Virus record (IMG/VR): IMGVR_UViG_3300034073_003542
Coordinates: 62,001 to 126,000 of that record
DNA length: 64,000 bases
Reading direction: 5' to 3' (one strand)
Position 1 is the stretch's first letter; each line of letters begins with the position of its first letter. The position numbers were made by a program, and so were the translations under genes. The notes under the pieces are model-generated. The model did not search any database. It worked only from the letters and a program-made list of their open reading frames with translations, and was not told where the DNA came from. Of the stretch, positions 37,729 to 46,567 are shown piece after piece.

Positions 37729-39294
37729 CTAAGGAGTTCCCCAACTTACTTGAGCAATATCTACAACCGCCACCCATCTTATATTTTTCGCCGCAACGCC
37801 CGTTACTCTTATTTCTAAAGCTTCGTTTGTGTCATCAGCTACTACAGAGGCGGTAGCTGTGGAGAGCGAAGCGTCCGTGTCTGTTGTGGAAGTAACCGAA
37901 CCAATAAGAGCGGTTCCATTTGCCGCATTATGTCTTATACCACCCTCAAACTTCCACCAAGCTCCTTCATTATCGGTATCGTTATAAGCAGAAAGTTTAA
38001 CGGTGAATTGCCAAGTTGTTTCGGCTGGAATTGTTAAACGAGCAGAACTTCCGTTAAGAAATAAAACCTGGTTTGCTGTAGCATCAGTAGTAGCGCGACG
38101 AGCTACAAGGATAAGATGTTGGGCGTCACCAGCAGTAGCGAATTGTCCTGCCGCATGAGCAAGAGAGCCATAGAGAGAGGCTTTTGCGTAAGATCCACCA
38201 GGAACAGAACTATAAGTAGCAGAAGCTGTGTTTGAGCGACCTCCTCCTACAGAGCTATAATTAGCAGAAGCTTGGTTTAATAAACCTCCAACCGCAGAAC
38301 TATAAGAGCCAGAAGCTGTGTTTTGTCTACCTCCTCCTACTACCGAACACGAAAAGCCAGAAGATGTGTTTGATTTACCTCCTCCAACAGAATTATGATA
38401 GCCACTTGCTTCATTTGATTCGCCTCCCACTATAGAACTATAATAACCAGAAGCTGTGTTTTGGCGACCTCCTCCTACAGAGCTATAATTTTGTGTTGCT
38501 GAGTTGAAAAAACCTCCCCCTACATAACTCCAATAGGCAGAAGCTGTGTTTGAGCGACCTCCACCAACAAAACCACAATAAGAAGAAGCTGTGTTTAAGT
38601 AACCTCCTCCTACAGAACTCGCATAGGCAGAAGCTTGGTTTTGGTAGCCTCCTCCTACAGAACTCATATCGGCAGAAGTTATATTGTATTTACCTCCTCC
38701 TACAAAACTATGAGAACCAGAAGCTGTGTTGCCGTTACCTCCTCCAACAGAACTATAGGTGGCAGAAGCTGTATTTGATAGACCTCCTCCAACAGTAGAG
38801 CTTTGTCCAGTTGCTTGGTTTGATTGACCTCCTCCAACAGTAGAGTTTTGTCCACTTGCTTCGTTTGATTGACCTCCCCCCACGGTTGATCCGTAGTTGC
38901 TTGCTTGATTGGAATAGCCGCCCCCAATGGTTGTGTATTCGCTGCTTGCTTGGTTGGAATTGCCGCCCCCAACGGTTGTGTAGAGGCCGCTTGCTGAATT
39001 GTACGAGCCGCCTCCAACGGTTGCGTAGGAGCCGCTTGCTGTGTTGAAAAAGCCGCCTCCAACGGCTGCGTAGTGGCTGCTTGCTTGATTGTTGCGACCG
39101 CCCCCAACGGCTGTGTAGTAGCCGCTTGCTGAATTGGAATGGCCGCCTCCAATAACTGAATAATTTCCAGACGCAACCTGTGAGCTAACACTACGATATT
39201 GCTGTAAATCAATAGCATTTACTCCTCTTGCATCTCCTTCTATATCTAACTGAAAAACTTCTGTTGATAAATTAGTTGTTGTTACTTTTTTCAT
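37729..39294 (-). CDS. Gly-rich 15-aa-repeat beta-solenoid adhesin/fibre (521 aa)
   Basis: About 22 repeats of xSxVGGGxxNxASxx; C-terminal HAAGQFAxxGDAQHLIL...IRWVAVVD domain. Confidence 0.75.
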   Translation of the reverse strand: MKKVTTTNLSTEVFQLDIEGDARGVNAIDLQQYRSVSSQVASGNYSVIGGGHSNSASGYYTAVGGGRNNQASSHYAAVGGGFFNTASGSYATVGGGSYNSASGLYTTVGGGNSNQASSEYTTIGGGYSNQASNYGSTVGGGQSNEASGQNSTVGGGQSNQATGQSSTVGGGLSNTASATYSSVGGGNGNTASGSHSFVGGGKYNITSADMSSVGGGYQNQASAYASSVGGGYLNTASSYCGFVGGGRSNTASAYWSYVGGGFFNSATQNYSSVGGGRQNTASGYYSSIVGGESNEASGYHNSVGGGKSNTSSGFSCSVVGGGRQNTASGSYSSAVGGLLNQASANYSSVGGGRSNTASATYSSVPGGSYAKASLYGSLAHAAGQFATAGDAQHLILVARRATTDATANQVLFLNGSSARLTIPAETTWQFTVKLSAYNDTDNEGAWWKFEGGIRHNAANGTALIGSVTSTTDTDASLSTATASVVADDTNEALEIRVTGVAAKNIRWVAVVDIAQVSWGTP

Positions 39295-39306
39295 TCTAAC
39301 CTCTTA

Positions 39307-41742
39307 TTACGGAGTTCCATAACTTGTTTGTACTATATCTACTACGGCCACCCAACGTATATTTGTTACAGCGATGCCTGTCACCTGGATCTCAAGAGAC
39401 TTACTTGTGTCATTTGCAACTATAGATGCGGTTGTTGTACTAAGAGCAGCGTCTTTTTCTTCTAAGACTTGGGTTACTGTTCCAACTATAGCTGTTGTAT
39501 CAGATCCATCTCTTTTTATGGCTCCAACAAATTCCCATGCTGCTGCCGCATCATTTGTGTCGTCATAAGCACTTAAATTAACTGTAAATTTCCATACAGT
39601 TTTAGCGACCGGTAGAATTAATTCGTCGTCTGTTCCATCTAAGAATAGAACTTGGTTAGCTGTGTCGTCCGTGGTTTCTCTGCGAGCTATAAGGATTAAA
39701 TGTTGGGCGTCTCCTCCAGCAGCGAATTGTCCTGCTGCATGAGCAAGAGCGCCCCAGTGAGCGGCTTTTGCTTGGTATCCACCCGGAATGGTTGCGTAGC
39801 TATTGCTTGCTGAATTGGCAGAGCCTCCTCCAATAATTGATTTATCTCCGCTTGCTGTGTTATTTACTCCACCAACAATACATGACAAATATCCACTAGA
39901 CGTATTTTGTGTACCTCCAACAGTAGCTGTCCATCCTCCGATTGCTATGTTATTACTGCCACCACCTATAAAACTATATTGATTACTTACTGTATTGAAG
40001 CCGCCACCAGCAATGGTTGCGCATTGGTCTGTTGCTGAATTGGAACGACCGCCTCCTACTGTTGCGTAGTTGGCCGAGCTTGTGTTACTGCGACCCCCAT
40101 TGATAACGCTAGAAGTTCCACTAGCAGCATTTAGTCCTCCGCCTCCAATAAAACTATCGTTTCCTGAAGCTGAATTTTGATACCCACCAACTACAGAACT
40201 ACATGTTGCTGTCGCTTCGTTGCTATATCCCCCAAGAACAGCACTATTGCCTCCAGAACTTGTGTTATAACGACCACCCGCTACTGTTGCGTAATCATAA
40301 GTTGCTGAGTTGGATCGACCCCCACCTACTATTGCATAGTTGGCAGAGCTTGTGTTGGAAAGGCCGCCTCCTACTGTTGCGTATTGGTAAGAGGCTGAGT
40401 TGGAGCGACCTCCTCCTACTGTTGCGTAGTAGCCAGAGCTTGTGTTGGAATAACCGCCTCCTACTGTTGCGTATTGGGCAGAGCTTTGGTTGGAATAACC
40501 GCCTCCTACTGTTGAGGCGTAGCCAGAGCTTTGGTTGTAACGACCGCCTCCTACTGTTGCGTAATTGTTAGAGGCCGAGTTGGATTGACCGCCTCCTACT
40601 GTTGCGCATTGGGCAGAGCTTTGGTTGGAATAGCCGCCTCCTACTGTTGCGTAATTGTTAGAAGCTGAGTTGTAGCGACCGCCTCCTACTGTTGCGCATT
40701 GGGCAGAGCTTTGGTTGGAATGACCGCCTCCTACTGTTGTTGATAGGGCAGAGCTTGTGTTTTCGCGACCTCCTCCTACTGTTGCGTAATAGGCAGAGCT
40801 TTGGTTGAAAAGACCGCCTCCTACTGTTGCGTAATTGGCAGAGCTTGTGTTGGAATAACCGCCTCCTACTGTTGCGTAATAGGCAGAGCTTTGGTTGAAA
40901 CTACCGCCTCCTACTGTTGCGTAATTGGCAGAGCTTGTGTTGGAAAGGCCGCCTCCTACTGTTGCGTAGTTATATGTTGCTGAATTAGATTGACCTCCTC
41001 CAACAGAACTATAATTACCAGAAGCTGTGTTGTACCAACCACCACCAACTGTTGATGCATAATAACCAGAAGCAGTATTACCTTGTCCGCCGCTTACTGT
41101 AGAAGAAAAAGCACTTGATGTATTAGAAGAACCTCCCCCAACTACTGATGAATTATTTGTTGCTTGATTAAAACCCCCACCACCAACAAAAGAATAATCA
41201 CCAGTACTTTGATTCGTTGTTCCGCCTACAACAATAGAGTGTTGTGAGCTTGCTGTATTACTAAAACCCCCCACTATTACCGATCCATATCCTGATGCTA
41301 CTTGGTTCGCAGCGAATCTAGTTTTTTGTAAATCAACTGCGTCTTCTCCTCTAGCATCACCGTCAGCGGTTCTTTGTATGGCACCTGTTCCGTTTTGGGC
41401 AAGAATCAGCGATCCGTTAGTATTGGTGCTTGTTACAGTATTACCATCAAAAGTAAGATTATCAACATCGATATCACCAGTAACAGTAAGGGTTGTTCCG
41501 TCAAAAGTTAGATTAGCTTCGGCGTTTAAGCCATCTATATCTCCAGTATTAGTAATAATACGATTATCGCCGGGATTTAAAACAACAGCCGCGCCATCAG
41601 AAGCTAAATTTACCAAATCACCAACTGTTATCTTTTTGGTTTCCTGATCACCAGTGGGATCATCCATGATCAAAATAACATCATCTAGAGATAGATCTCC
41701 GCTACCTGTTGGAAATTCATTAAATCTTAAAATTCTAGGCAT
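39307..41742 (-). CDS. Gly-rich 15-aa-repeat beta-solenoid adhesin/fibre (811 aa), paralogue of 37729-39294
   Basis: About 34 repeats YATVGGGxxNxSS; same ARGxxAxDLQ entry and GDAQHLIL C-terminal domain. Confidence 0.75.
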   Translation of the reverse strand: MPRILRFNEFPTGSGDLSLDDVILIMDDPTGDQETKKITVGDLVNLASDGAAVVLNPGDNRIITNTGDIDGLNAEANLTFDGTTLTVTGDIDVDNLTFDGNTVTSTNTNGSLILAQNGTGAIQRTADGDARGEDAVDLQKTRFAANQVASGYGSVIVGGFSNTASSQHSIVVGGTTNQSTGDYSFVGGGGFNQATNNSSVVGGGSSNTSSAFSSTVSGGQGNTASGYYASTVGGGWYNTASGNYSSVGGGQSNSATYNYATVGGGLSNTSSANYATVGGGSFNQSSAYYATVGGGYSNTSSANYATVGGGLFNQSSAYYATVGGGRENTSSALSTTVGGGHSNQSSAQCATVGGGRYNSASNNYATVGGGYSNQSSAQCATVGGGQSNSASNNYATVGGGRYNQSSGYASTVGGGYSNQSSAQYATVGGGYSNTSSGYYATVGGGRSNSASYQYATVGGGLSNTSSANYAIVGGGRSNSATYDYATVAGGRYNTSSGGNSAVLGGYSNEATATCSSVVGGYQNSASGNDSFIGGGGLNAASGTSSVINGGRSNTSSANYATVGGGRSNSATDQCATIAGGGFNTVSNQYSFIGGGSNNIAIGGWTATVGGTQNTSSGYLSCIVGGVNNTASGDKSIIGGGSANSASNSYATIPGGYQAKAAHWGALAHAAGQFAAGGDAQHLILIARRETTDDTANQVLFLDGTDDELILPVAKTVWKFTVNLSAYDDTNDAAAAWEFVGAIKRDGSDTTAIVGTVTQVLEEKDAALSTTTASIVANDTSKSLEIQVTGIAVTNIRWVAVVDIVQTSYGTP
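40021..41000 (-). repeat. 45-bp tandem coding repeats with near-identical core CCGCCTCCTACTGTTGCGTA
   Basis: About 15-20 consecutive units at 45-nt period, several recurring as 90-nt dimers. Confidence 0.9.
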
Positions 41743-41761
41743 TAGTTTTCTCCATTATTTT

Positions 41762-41950
41762 TTAGCCCCCGACTATAATTTGTTCTTCAAATCTATCTTG
41801 ATATTTTGATTCTATTTCTGCAATCGTATCGCATTCTGAAGGAGCCTTCTTTATCAAGAGATATGCACCACCATCAGGACGAGCATTAACATATGCGCGC
41901 TTTTCATTAATAGGATTACCGCTTGCAATTGCTATGATGTCAGTTGCCAT
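41762..41950 (-). CDS. Hypothetical protein (62 aa)
   Basis: Coupled to the upstream gene (TAATG). Confidence 0.5.
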   Translation of the reverse strand: MATDIIAIASGNPINEKRAYVNARPDGGAYLLIKKAPSECDTIAEIESKYQDRFEEQIIVGG

Positions 41951-42318
41951 TATTTATCTCCTTTGTTGTGTCTGTCTCGATATTCTTCTTCTGTTTCATC
42001 CATACGCTCTTCTAAGCTTTCTAGTGTTTTGCTAAGAGTAGCTATATTGATTTTTAATTCTGTCATCACCTCTATTACTTTTTGTAGAGTAATACTAAGC
42101 GCCCCATAAGCTTCTTTATTACTAGCTAACCTTTCCATAATAAATTCACGATCTTTACTATAAGGCGATTCTGTAAGTATCATTTTTGTTATTTCTTCTT
42201 TATTAACTAGTTTGCGTCCCACGCCCACCCAAAATCCAGCCAGCGTTATAATAATAGTAATTGACGCAGTAGAAACAGTCTGCCAAAAATGAATAATAGC
42301 TTCATGATCATCTGGCAT
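41950..42318 (-). CDS. Single-TM coiled-coil protein
   Basis: ASITIIITLAGFWVGV TM then heptad coiled coil; strong AAGGAG RBS. Confidence 0.65.
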   Translation of the reverse strand: MPDDHEAIIHFWQTVSTASITIIITLAGFWVGVGRKLVNKEEITKMILTESPYSKDREFIMERLASNKEAYGALSITLQKVIEVMTELKINIATLSKTLESLEERMDETEEEYRDRHNKGDK

Positions 42319-42354
42319 TTTATTTCTCCTTTAATTATATTCTCTATTTGATAG

Positions 42355-42362
42355 ATACACCA
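42355..42362 (-). promoter_or_regulatory. TGGTGTAT motif, putative late promoter
   Basis: Directly after a terminator, 37 nt upstream of the 42318 start. Confidence 0.55.
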
Positions 42363-42368
42363 GCCGAT

Positions 42369-42403
42369 AAAAAAACCAAAGATGTCCAAAAACATCCTTG
42401 GTT
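42369..42403 (-). terminator. Rho-independent terminator
   Basis: Minus strand AACCAAGGATGT-TTTTGG-ACATCTTTGGTT then TTTTTAT. Confidence 0.75.
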
Positions 42404-42433
42404 AATTTAATACTCAGTAATTACTAAAAAGAA

Positions 42434-42928
42434 TTAGTAGCTGTCGTTTGTTGGTTCACCGCCAGTAGTATATGTTACTTTTTCGCCACGAGTAGCGTAA
42501 TCAACATAAGTTGATCCGGTAATAGCTTTGTGGAAAGTATCGTCAGCATCAGTTGGAGGAGTTGTCCAGGCGCCCGAATAGATATCCCAGTATCCAGCGC
42601 GAATAGCTGTTGCAACCTTATTGGTCTTAACAGCTTCGATACGATGAACACCCTGAGTTAATTCAGGAACAAGGGCTGGACTAAGAGTTCCAGCATCAAC
42701 ACCACCACGAGTATAAGACATAAGAGGAGCAACTGGATTCGAGTCATCATAAAGAAACTCACCAGCACTATAAGCTTCGGCAATATCGCCTCCATCATAA
42801 ACATACTTATTATCAGGAGCGTGCGCGCCTAAGTCAGTACCGGATAAAATTGCGCTTGTGGCTGGACCAAGTACTGCTCCATTATTGTTGTCAGTTGCGC
42901 CACTACCTAAAGCTGTTGTTGTTGCCAT
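42434..42928 (-). CDS. Hypothetical acidic protein, probably virion structural
   Basis: Gly/Ala/Thr-rich, own terminator, GGAG RBS. Confidence 0.55.
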   Translation of the reverse strand: MATTTALGSGATDNNNGAVLGPATSAILSGTDLGAHAPDNKYVYDGGDIAEAYSAGEFLYDDSNPVAPLMSYTRGGVDAGTLSPALVPELTQGVHRIEAVKTNKVATAIRAGYWDIYSGAWTTPPTDADDTFHKAITGSTYVDYATRGEKVTYTTGGEPTNDSY

Positions 42929-43005
42929 TTTTTAAACTCCATACGAATATTGTGTTTAGATAAAATACTAGAAAGCATCACTAGTACATTACCCCAAACA
43001 GGAGC

Positions 43006-43671
43006 TTAAACTGAAATTTTATTAAAAAGTTCTAGGCCAGAAGTATAGAAAAATCGCACACCAGAGATATTTGGTGTATTTTTGATGAGTTTTACATGTT
43101 TGTCATTATAAACATTGCCAGTACAAATAGATCTAATATTACTCTTCATCGTTAAAAAGTTGCATGCAATTAAATTATCCTCAACATTATCAAGTGTCGC
43201 CCCACTACTAGTAAAAACCGTATCCAGATTAAACTCCTGCAAAATCTTACAAACTTTATCCAGAGTTTCGTGCTTAAATATCCTATATTCTAGAATATAA
43301 CGAATTCCCACATTTTCTGGCCCACATAATTCTGTGAGAGCTTTAATTTCTTCCCTAAATTTGTCATATTTTCGATTTGTGATAACTTTGGTCGGAATCA
43401 TTAAATCGACGTATTTTACTTTGGCAGAATGTTTGATGATTTGACCCACCATAAATACACGACTTTTCCAATCGGCCAGCCCATAAGGAAAATCTAAGAC
43501 ACACGAAACCGGAATTTTAGCAGGGATGCGGTTTTCCATGAGTTTGATGGTATTTAGACTATAAGGCAAAACCGAAATAGATGTAGCACCATATTTTAGG
43601 GCTTTTGTTATTTCTTCTTGTGTTTCGTGCTCATTTAGCTCATAATTATAGCAAGCATAATCTATTATCAT
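43006..43671 (-). CDS. DeoC (deoxyribose-phosphate aldolase)-like TIM barrel, catalytic lysines apparently lost
   Basis: VSCVLDFPYG, VDLMIP, YILEYR, VFTSSG (canonical FVKTSTG). Confidence 0.7.
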   Translation of the reverse strand: MIIDYACYNYELNEHETQEEITKALKYGATSISVLPYSLNTIKLMENRIPAKIPVSCVLDFPYGLADWKSRVFMVGQIIKHSAKVKYVDLMIPTKVITNRKYDKFREEIKALTELCGPENVGIRYILEYRIFKHETLDKVCKILQEFNLDTVFTSSGATLDNVEDNLIACNFLTMKSNIRSICTGNVYNDKHVKLIKNTPNISGVRFFYTSGLELFNKISV

Positions 43672-44384
43672 AATTTGCTCATGTAGTTTTTGATAAAATC
43701 AATATTGGGGAATTTTTTACTACCCAATACACCGTCCGCAAAACCATAATCAACAGCTTCTTCGCTATTCAAGATCCAATCTATTTTTGTTGCCAATTGA
43801 TTAACGATGTGCTTTTTAGCCATCATTTTTTTCCAATTTTTCTCTTTATATATCTTACTGTTAATACACCTTTCAGTAAAGATATTAATCATCTTCTCGG
43901 ATTCCTTCTCGCTCCACTGAACAGAACTTAATACAGCTTTGTGTTCATTTTCAATAGAGATCGAACCATAATGAATTAAAAAGTTGCTGTTTTGGCTCAA
44001 TATTCTTAGATCTGCCCCCTGCAAAATAACGCTACTTGACGATTCAACTTTTCCATACGCTACAATACAAATAGGACTTTTACTTGCACGTATATTGTCG
44101 AATATACCCAGACAGTCTTGCCAATCACCACCAGGCAAGTGCATATGAACAAGAATGGGCGATAAAGAGAGAGTATTTAAATACCGTAAATTTTTTTCAA
44201 AGATAACAGCAGAACGATAATCTACACCCGCCTCGTCTTTATCGTCTGATATATATGAGTGTAAATATATCTCTCTATTAGGAATATCAATATTATAATC
44301 GTGTATATATTGAAATTCTGTTAGACGATCTTCTTTTGATTTTTTGTCTTGCTCTTTTTTAGTTGTATTAGTTTTGTTGGTCAT
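43668..44384 (-). CDS. clpP: ClpP-family serine protease
   Basis: NREIYL, HLPGGD, GKVESSSSVILQGA (Ser), FLIHYG (His), DWILNSEEAVDYGFAD (Asp). Confidence 0.85.
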   Translation of the reverse strand: MTNKTNTTKKEQDKKSKEDRLTEFQYIHDYNIDIPNREIYLHSYISDDKDEAGVDYRSAVIFEKNLRYLNTLSLSPILVHMHLPGGDWQDCLGIFDNIRASKSPICIVAYGKVESSSSVILQGADLRILSQNSNFLIHYGSISIENEHKAVLSSVQWSEKESEKMINIFTERCINSKIYKEKNWKKMMAKKHIVNQLATKIDWILNSEEAVDYGFADGVLGSKKFPNIDFIKNYMSKL

Positions 44385-44814
44385 GAAAGTTATTTATTCG
44401 TTGTTGGATATCTGTCATCACCTCTTTATCTGCAAAACACTTACCAATACCAATTCTAAATCTATAACGGGTAAAAGGGTCTAAGATTTCAACGCCAGGA
44501 CATTCTTCAATAATATCTAATACGTTTTGGGATATATTAAAGTTAGTATGCCCAACCCAAAAATTAAAAATCTTACTAGAAGAAGTATGTTCGTTATACG
44601 GAATAATGCCCATAGGAGTCTGAATAACTCGCACTTGTTTTGGCATATGTTTTTCTATACGTTCCTCAAATATCATTGAGGCTTCGCTATCATCATCGTC
44701 ACCGTATTGATTCCATTTGACCTCGCCCGTATCTTCTCCAAACGGATCAACCCATTTTTCCCATTTTATCGTGGGATTTGTGGGACTATCATCGTCTATG
44801 TCATTTTGGTACAT
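44368..44814 (-). CDS. Hypothetical protein
   Basis: IKWEKWVDPF...FNFWVGHTNFNI...RYRFRIGIG; no confident family. Confidence 0.6.
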   Translation of the reverse strand: MYQNDIDDDSPTNPTIKWEKWVDPFGEDTGEVKWNQYGDDDDSEASMIFEERIEKHMPKQVRVIQTPMGIIPYNEHTSSSKIFNFWVGHTNFNISQNVLDIIEECPGVEILDPFTRYRFRIGIGKCFADKEVMTDIQQRINNFHDQQN

Positions 44815-44815
44815 A

Positions 44816-45220
44816 TTATTCCCTTTTTGAGAAATCTGTGGGTCGAACCACAGGAGTATTTTTATTTATTGATCGATTATGTCTGGCTTTATGCAACTCT
44901 TCCCATGTTGCTATGATTGTCATAACCTTATCTTTTACCGGAGGACTATTAATTGCGATATCTTTTAAGGTCGCTAACATAGAAGAAAAATATAAACCAG
45001 CATTCAAACTATCTATCATATCTGCAAAAGCAACCATTCTGTTTGGATCATTATCGTCTTGAATAACAATCTTAATATATGGCTCATTAGTATCAGGAGT
45101 TATGCAAAGCACGATGTGGTCGCCCATTTCTTCGTCTTTGAGTTCTGGTTTTTGGGGAGTTTCAACAACTGTATTATTGTTAATTAGCTCTTTCAGTTTT
45201 GTCCATAATTTGTTTATCAT
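44816..45220 (-). CDS. Hypothetical protein
   Basis: 134-aa ORF in a coupled run. Confidence 0.55.
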   Translation of the reverse strand: MINKLWTKLKELINNNTVVETPQKPELKDEEMGDHIVLCITPDTNEPYIKIVIQDDNDPNRMVAFADMIDSLNAGLYFSSMLATLKDIAINSPPVKDKVMTIIATWEELHKARHNRSINKNTPVVRPTDFSKRE

Positions 45221-45606
45221 TGCAGTTTTTGTGTGACCTCTAATAGAATGTGACTATGAGTATTAGGTACATGATAATTGAACTCAATCCAATGAACATT
45301 ATTAAGGTTTTGACTTTTGGGCGTTAATAGTCCGTGTATAATATATAGAGTATTTTCTTCTTCACTAATTTGTGGTAATCTATTCTTTATTGAGATAAGT
45401 TGTGAAATTAGTTCCAGGTCGCTGATAAATATATATTCTTTGAGTTTTTGGGCGATATACATAACAGGATTATCAAAATACTCGTCAGACACTTCCAATA
45501 AAGGTAGTTCAATTTCGTCAGATTTTGTTGATAAAACAAACTGTTTATTCTTGGCAATATCTGTTGCTAATAATACACAAGCTATTTTTGTGTTATGATT
45601 TTCCAT
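45217..45606 (-). CDS. Hypothetical protein, possibly degenerate Nudix-like fold
   Basis: Beta-alpha-beta layout without an intact Nudix box. Confidence 0.4.
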   Translation of the reverse strand: MENHNTKIACVLLATDIAKNKQFVLSTKSDEIELPLLEVSDEYFDNPVMYIAQKLKEYIFISDLELISQLISIKNRLPQISEEENTLYIIHGLLTPKSQNLNNVHWIEFNYHVPNTHSHILLEVTQKLQ

Positions 45607-45677
45607 TTAGCTCCTCTTCATTTCGATTTACAATTTATGATAGGTCATTCTGAAAGTAAATGCAAGTTCGTACTTGT

Positions 45678-46016
45678 TTACTTATTGATATTGACTATTT
45701 CTGTATCTTTAAAAAGATGGCTCAATTTTTCTATTTCTGGTTTATCATATAATCTATTTCGGCATTGACACTTAGGACATATCCATTGACCTTCATGCCA
45801 AGTTCTATAAGATCCACCATAACCACACTCTTCTTCATGGGTTTGTTGATCAATGTATGTTAGTTCTCTTATTTCCCAGCCGCGCAAACAATCTATGTTT
45901 CCGCACCTTACCAAAGTGTGCGATAATTTGTCGTTAATAGCTTTATATACTAAATTCAGTTGATCTTGTAAATCTTGTTTTTTAGCTTCAAGTTCCGCTA
46001 GTGTGGGCGTCTTCAT
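45678..46016 (-). CDS. Hypothetical zinc-finger protein
   Basis: CGNIDC...WICPKC. Confidence 0.55.
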   Translation of the reverse strand: MKTPTLAELEAKKQDLQDQLNLVYKAINDKLSHTLVRCGNIDCLRGWEIRELTYIDQQTHEEECGYGGSYRTWHEGQWICPKCQCRNRLYDKPEIEKLSHLFKDTEIVNINK

Positions 46017-46413
46017 CTACTTTATTTCTCCTGTCTAATTCGTCTGCAATAATTCTTAGGTCATAGCTAGATAAGCAACTTCCTGTTTCTAACCAATAAG
46101 ACCAAACTCCATCCCCAGGTCGCCTATCTATAGAATTATCTTCTTTGCAGGTTTGTAAAACTCGTTTTTTGTATTCTATATTATTGCATTGTAACTTTGC
46201 TTGATCTAAAGTGTCATAAGTTTCATGTAATTTTTCGTTAATATAAACAGAAAAAATAGGAACAGTTTTATATTTTTCACCAGCATTGACAATAGTATAA
46301 TATGGCTCTATTACTACTTTTTTATCTTCTACGACCAGATATTCTGCGCAATCATAATGACTAAAAGCTCTGTGTTTATATTCACCTATAGTATGCCATA
46401 CTAATCTAGACAT
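45988..46413 (-). CDS. Hypothetical protein
   Basis: Start set at MSRLV, overlapping the upstream stop. Confidence 0.5.
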   Translation of the reverse strand: MSRLVWHTIGEYKHRAFSHYDCAEYLVVEDKKVVIEPYYTIVNAGEKYKTVPIFSVYINEKLHETYDTLDQAKLQCNNIEYKKRVLQTCKEDNSIDRRPGDGVWSYWLETGSCLSSYDLRIIADELDRRNKVDEDAHTSGT

Positions 46414-46567
46414 TCCAAACCTCTTGAACAGCCACAACAAAGTGATAATCCGTATTCCAGCTTTGAGAAGGTATTAAAGCTACTGCCTCTAATATATGAT
46501 GTGCTTCTAAATACTCCCAACGTAGTTTATCTGTTTGTTCCTGAATTGTTATTCTGAATTTTCTCAT
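46406..46567 (-). CDS. 53-aa hypothetical protein (not in ORF track)
   Basis: MRKFRITIQEQTDKLRWEYLEAHHILEAVALIPSQSWNTDYHFVVAVQEVWNV; ATGA overlap with the NAMPT stop. Confidence 0.55.
   Translation of the reverse strand: MRKFRITIQEQTDKLRWEYLEAHHILEAVALIPSQSWNTDYHFVVAVQEVWNV

Noticed and set aside
38700-39218. Alternative-frame 172-aa ORF with LEAA..QQAA repeats
   Set aside because: Frame-shifted reading of the 45-bp repeat in the 521-aa gene; openness is explained by repeat composition.
40021-41000. Regular repeats resembling a CRISPR array
   Set aside because: 45-nt period with no unique spacers; in frame within an 811-aa ORF encoding a 15-aa repeat.
16537-41742. Diversity-generating retroelement acting on adhesin paralogues
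   Set aside because: No reverse transcriptase in the window, and paralogue differences are not confined to adenines.
37729-41742. Ice-nucleation protein
   Set aside because: Repeat is 15 aa GGGxxNxAS, not the 16-aa AGYGSTxTA..S consensus of InaZ-type proteins.
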